A stretch of 64,000 bases of DNA from NCBI GenBank assembly GCA_041657445.1, contig JBBABV010000002.1, positions 3,364 to 67,363 of the forward strand. Direction: 5' to 3'. The notes under the pieces are model-generated. The model worked only from the letters and a program-made list of their open reading frames with translations. It was not told the DNA's origin and searched no databases. The stretch's first letter is position 1; every line of letters starts with the position of its first letter. The position numbers and the translations under genes were made by a program. The stretch comes from Minisyncoccota bacterium (GTDB lineage Bacteria > Patescibacteriota > Minisyncoccia > Phycocordibacterales > UBA9973). This document shows positions 59,775 to 64,000 of the stretch, piece by piece.

Positions 59775-60301
59775 CACTTATTTACATGCAATGAAACCAT
59801 TGCAAAACCATTATTACTAATGGTGCAGACTATACCTTTATATTAGATTTGTTCTAAATATACCAGCGTCTTATAACAATGTTTATATTGTTATCTTCAT
59901 TTTATTCTGTAATTCTTACAGATACAAAAATCCAGTCGTTACGGGGTTATGAAAGTCCTATCTTATATCTCATAGATTTGATGATATAAGGACAAATTAG
60001 GTCAACAAGTTTTTGAGTCTCTTTTTTATTGCAATATATTCTATAACCTTTATCTCTATCTTTGTAAGACAACATAGATATGTTAAATTTATTCTTAACA
60101 ATAAAACAAAGTTTCTCAATCTCTTGTAGAGTAAAAGAATAAGCATTTTCTTATTCCAATATTTACTTTCTAAACTTCCCACGGTGTTGACCATATATAA
60201 CGCGAATTATATCATGGCTTTCTCCGTTATGAGCTGATTTAATACATAAATTTATGTATGAGAGAATTGTTCAGACTCTCTCTCCTCGACATTCGGTGTT
60301 T
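59775..60301 (-). mobile_element. Group I intron B in 23S at the L2500-equivalent site (between CUCGAU and GUCGGCUC), with a decayed ORF remnant at 59997-60194
   Basis: 5' exon ends GGCACCUCGAU. The intron ends ...S-like AAGGUAUAGUCUG plus a P9 CCAUUA-GUAA-UAAUGG, then G, then GUCGGCUC. Confidence 0.55.
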
Positions 60302-60555
60302 ATCGAGGTGCCGAACTCCGCCGTCGATATGAACTCTTAGGCGGAACTAGCCTGTTATCCCTAGAGTAGCTTTTATCCGTTAATCTTCCACCACATCTAA
60401 TGTGTATGGTCGGTTCACTATGTTCTGGTTTCCCACCTGCTTGGGATGTACCCCTCACAGTCAAGCCAGCTTGTGCCATTACACTATCGGCACGGTTTCC
60501 ATTCGCGCCTAGCTGACCTTTAAACCCCTCCTTTACTTTTTAGGCTCTTTGTTAA

Positions 60556-60922
60556 CTGCATATCGCTATGCAGGACGGACTATACATTCATCCTTTTTAG
60601 GATGGCTGGTTTGTAGTCTCTACGGGTGATCTATTTAATATAAGTAACAAATATTACTATTAAAAGAAAGAAAATTTTGATTATCTCTAATTTCTTCTAA
60701 CAACTTAATAATTTTTTCATTATTATCCGTGCACTATATTATAGTCTTTCCCTCGGTGTTGTCCACTTGGGATTTCACCGATATTCCCAACTTTTTTCAA
60801 TCACGATTGATCGTGAAAGCCCCCCTTGTATTTATTTTTTCTGCAGGTGGATTATACCTGCCTGAGGCTGCAAAGTTCGAGGATTCGAATAAAATAAAAT
60901 CTTATTTCAAGTCCTCGAGGGT
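60556..60922 (-). mobile_element. Group I intron D in 23S (no ORF), near the E. coli ~2200-equivalent region
   Basis: 5' exon ...UUUUACUGGGGCUGU. The intron carries P-like (60763-60777), R GUAGAGACUACAAACC, S AUGUAUAGUCCG, and a P9 CUGCAUA-GCGA-UAUGCAG, then UUAACAAAGAGCC. Confidence 0.5.
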
Positions 60923-61228
60923 ACAGCCCCAGTAAAACTATCCACCAGATACTGTCTCAATGCGTTTTTTCCGCACAGGTTAGAACATGCCTTCAAAAAG
61001 AATGGTATTTCACTGTTGAGTAGATTTCAGCCGAAACCGAAAACATCAGACCTCTCCCATCTATTCTACGCAGTTTAAAAACATGCTCAATATCAAGTTA
61101 TAGTAAAGCTTCTAGGGTCTTTTCGTCTAACTGCACTTAACCGGCATCTTCACCGGTATTGTATTTTCACCGAGCTGGTCCCCGAGACAGTTCTCCGGTC
61201 ATTACACCATTCGTGCGCGTCGGAACTT

Positions 61229-61971
61229 CATGTATTTACATTACTTAATCTCCAAAAATGGAGAGCAAAACCCACTATTACTAGTGGCACAGACTATATC
61301 TTCATCTCAATGCATTTTGAATATCTTTCTTTGAATACTTTCTTTTTCCACTTGGATTCATTTGAAAAACTAAATCTAAAATCTTTTTTAATCCGTTCTT
61401 ATTCTTGTGCATATTTTTTTGCATAAGAAAACAAACTTCTTTAAAACGATTAAAGTCATTCTGTTTCTCTGAAATCAAAGGGTGTTTTTCAAAATGAGGA
61501 ATTATTTTACTGATTAGGTTTTCCAAACTTCTCACTTCATATTTAAGTGTTTTGTCTGAATAATCTCTTCTGATAAAACCACATTGAAAAATGTTTTGCA
61601 TCAGGAAAAGAATTTGTGCTCTATCTTCATTTTGACTGACAGAAAAACTTGGTTTGGTTTCCCAGCCCAGAGTTAGTTTGTCTCGCTTTGAAAAAGAAAC
61701 ACTAAAGCATCCTTCTCCATCCACATATCCTGAAATATATTCTTGTATATTATGCTTTTTTATATTGAGAGCCGGCATGTTATAGATTATAACAATAATC
61801 TATCTAGGTCGCCACTATACAGAGGCGACCTAAGTCGTTACGGGGTCACTATAATTTGATTATAGGACTTCCCACGGTATTGTCCTTAATTACTTTCGCA
61901 CTTTCATTAAGGATTCCACCGTTATAAGCCGGATTTAATCCGAAAATCACTCTTCGGATGGGCAGTTCTCT
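61229..61971 (-). mobile_element. Group I intron C in 23S at the L1917-1931-equivalent region (GUCGGGU|AAGUUCCGAC), carrying a LAGLIDADG gene
   Basis: Exon junction reconstitutes GUCGGGUAAGUUCCGAC. P-like CAAUACCGUGGGAAGUC, Q-like CCCCGUAACGAC, S AAGAUAUAGUCUG plus a P9 CCACUA-GUAA-UAGUGG. Confidence 0.55.
61302..61778 (-). CDS. LAGLIDADG homing endonuclease, single-motif, intron-encoded
   Basis: Motif ISGYVDGEGCFSVSF. 158 aa. Confidence 0.8.
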   Translation of the reverse strand: MPALNIKKHNIQEYISGYVDGEGCFSVSFSKRDKLTLGWETKPSFSVSQNEDRAQILFLMQNIFQCGFIRRDYSDKTLKYEVRSLENLISKIIPHFEKHPLISEKQNDFNRFKEVCFLMQKNMHKNKNGLKKILDLVFQMNPSGKRKYSKKDIQNALR

Positions 61972-61991
61972 ACCCGACAAGGTATTTCGCT

Positions 61992-62205
61992 CTAGTCACC
62001 TGTAAAAACTAGGACTCTATCTTCATCCTCTTTCGTAAGAAAGTAGGATGCATGGCGTTGGTCTCTTGTTAACCATGATTGGATTCTCATACATTACTGC
62101 ATAAGTAGGTAGCGTTTTTGTGTAATTTTTCTGTTTACTTTTCCTACAACAGTCCCAATCCTTTTTGACTCATTATTACAACACATATTGTAAAATATGT
62201 CAAAA
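61992..62205 (-). mobile_element. Small (214-nt) group I intron E in 23S between GGUCCUAAGGU and AGCGAAAUACC (L1900-equivalent region)
   Basis: Splits the otherwise contiguous CUAAGGUAGCGAAAU. R-like CAAGAGACCAAC and S-like AAGAUAGAGUCCUAG. The intron ends in G. Confidence 0.5.
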
Positions 62206-62240
<35 letters not shown>

Positions 62241-64000
62241 CAGGGCTTATATCAGTCTGCATATCACATTGCTGTAATACACCGCCGATATTTGACCTTC
62301 TGGCATTGGTCAGGTGTCACCCCCTATACATCCTCTTACCGAGTTCGCAGGGAGCTGTGTTTTTGGTAAACAGTTGCCAGAGATACTTTCGCTGCGGCCC
62401 TCTAAATAAATAGAGGGCAAGCCTTATCCCGAAGTTACGGCTGCTTTTTTGCCGAGTTCCTTGGGGACCACTCACTCGTTCGTCTTGGTCTACTCGACCT
62501 GATCACCTGTGTCGGTTTGCGGTACGGATTCTATATTCATAAGTTTAGAGATTTTTCTTGGAAGTGTGCTTTGCATTATCATCCTCAGCCGAAACTGAAA
62601 ACTTTTCATTTCTCTTGGAATTGCTATTTAAAGCAGTGTACGGATTTACCTATACAACATCCTTAAGAAACAAACTTCAAATCCAATAATGAGCAATGCA
62701 TACTACACTCCGTCATCCCATCACAAAATACAGAAGTCAGGGAATATTAACCCTGTGTCCATCGGGTACGGATTTCTCCATCCCCTTAGGCCCGACTAAC
62801 CCTTGGCTGATTGACATTACCAAGGAAACCTTGATCTTTCGACGGTGGGCGTTCTCAACCCACTTGCGGTTACTTGTGCCAACATTCTTACTTCCACACA
62901 CTCCAGAGGCCCTCACGGGTCCTCCTTCACTGCTTTGGATTGCTCTCACGAACAATCCGAGTGGAACACTCTCCTACCACTCGTGAACTTCATAGAGGAG
63001 CCAACAATAATTATATTGTTGGCAGAAAAATTAAATAATTTCGGTTGGGGTGAAACATTTTAAATGCTTGATTAATGTTCCACATCCTAAAGTGATCTCT
63101 CCAATACAAGAGAGCGAGCTCAAGAATTTGAGCACTTTAGAACTCAAAAATACAATAGAAAAAAATTAGCATTCTGTTTTGTATTTCTGACCCAAAACTT
63201 AATAAAGAACAAATAACTGAGGCTGACTGTAAATTTTACAGTTTTTCTCCTTTTCCCAATAGGAGAACTTCAATACAATATCAGCCAGCCTTCAGCAAAA
63301 ACATTTCCTCTATGAAATTCACGAATCCTCAAATTCGGTATCATACTTAGCCCCAATTATTTTCGACGCAAAATCTCTGGATGAGTGAGCTGTTACGCTA
63401 TCTTTAAAGGATGGCTGCTTCTAAGCCAACCTCCTCATTGTCAGAGAAATTTCACCTTCTTATTTTACACTTAGTATGAATTTAGGGACCTTATTTAGAG
63501 ATCTGGGCTGTTTCCCTTTTCACCTGTGGAGCTTAGCCCCCACGGTGTAACTGCCGTGCTTTAACTTCTGGTATTCGGAGTTTGATAGGTTTCGCGAGAT
63601 TGCTCCCTGTCGAAACCTTCCAGTGCTCTACCCCCAGAAAGAAACACACGACGCTAGCCCTAAAGCTATTTCGGAGAGAACCAGCTATTACCAGGTTCGA
63701 TTAGCTTTTCACTCCTTACCACAAGTCATCCCAACGCGTTGTACGACGAACGGGTTCGGACCTCCATTTCACTTTCGCAAAACTTCATCCTGCTCATGGC
63801 AAGCTCACCTGGCTTCGGGTCTTATGCATACTACTTAATCGCGCTATTAACACTCGGTTTCCCTGTGGCTTCATGGTTCTCCCATTTAACCTTGCAGTAT
63901 GAATAAACTCGTTGGCTCATTCTTCAATAGGCACGCCGTAGCAGAGTAAACTCTGCATCGACTCCTTGTAGACATATGGTTTCAGGTCTATTTCACCGCC

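Overview
Low-GC bacterial chromosome segment read under genetic code 11. RF2 with an SPF motif is present and TGA is used as a stop. The intron-laden rRNA and the generally short proteins suggest a Patescibacteria/CPR-like organism, but that is only a guess. Layout: (i) 1-7.8 kb holds a complete compact histidine-biosynthesis operon (hisS-like, hisG short form, hisIE, hisD, hisC, hisB bifunctional, hisH, and a fused hisA-hisF), closed by a rho-independent terminator. (ii) 7.9-21.6 kb is a ~13.6 kb integrated element flanked by 18-bp imperfect direct repeats. The right repeat overlaps the 3' end of an intact tRNA-Gln(CUG). The element carries a LexA/CI-like S24 repressor heading a four-gene operon that ends in a CD-NTase-like nucleotidyltransferase and a 2TM effector, which looks like a minimal CBASS plus one unknown 314-aa protein. 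It also carries a divergent winged-helix gene, a ParB-fused DNA methyltransferase, terminase small and large subunits, a large serine recombinase, and a Type III R-M system (mod, res, XRE controller). There are no virion structural genes, so it is satellite/PICI-like. (iii) 21.9-43.8 kb is mostly housekeeping and regulatory genes: an ABC-2 transporter, CorA, two two-component systems, a truncated pyruvate kinase next to enolase, a terpene-synthase-like protein, pyrG, ftsEX, prfB and dapF. (iv) 43.8-45.5 kb is a tRNA cluster: Thr(CGU), Thr(GGU), Asp(GUC) split by a 206-nt group I intron, Met(CAU), and a second CAU tRNA split by a 231-nt group I intron, with a decayed free-standing LAGLIDADG gene between them. 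(v) 45.6-57.7 kb is housekeeping again (gatCA, pilins, htpX, lemA, secDF, folD, a SEDS protein). (vi) 57.9-64.0 kb holds a 5S rRNA and the 3' ~60% of a 23S rRNA on the minus strand. The 23S is interrupted by at least five group I introns, two of which encode intact LAGLIDADG homing endonucleases. No CRISPR array was seen. The six-frame track also lists many antisense or intra-rRNA ORFs, which I judged spurious.
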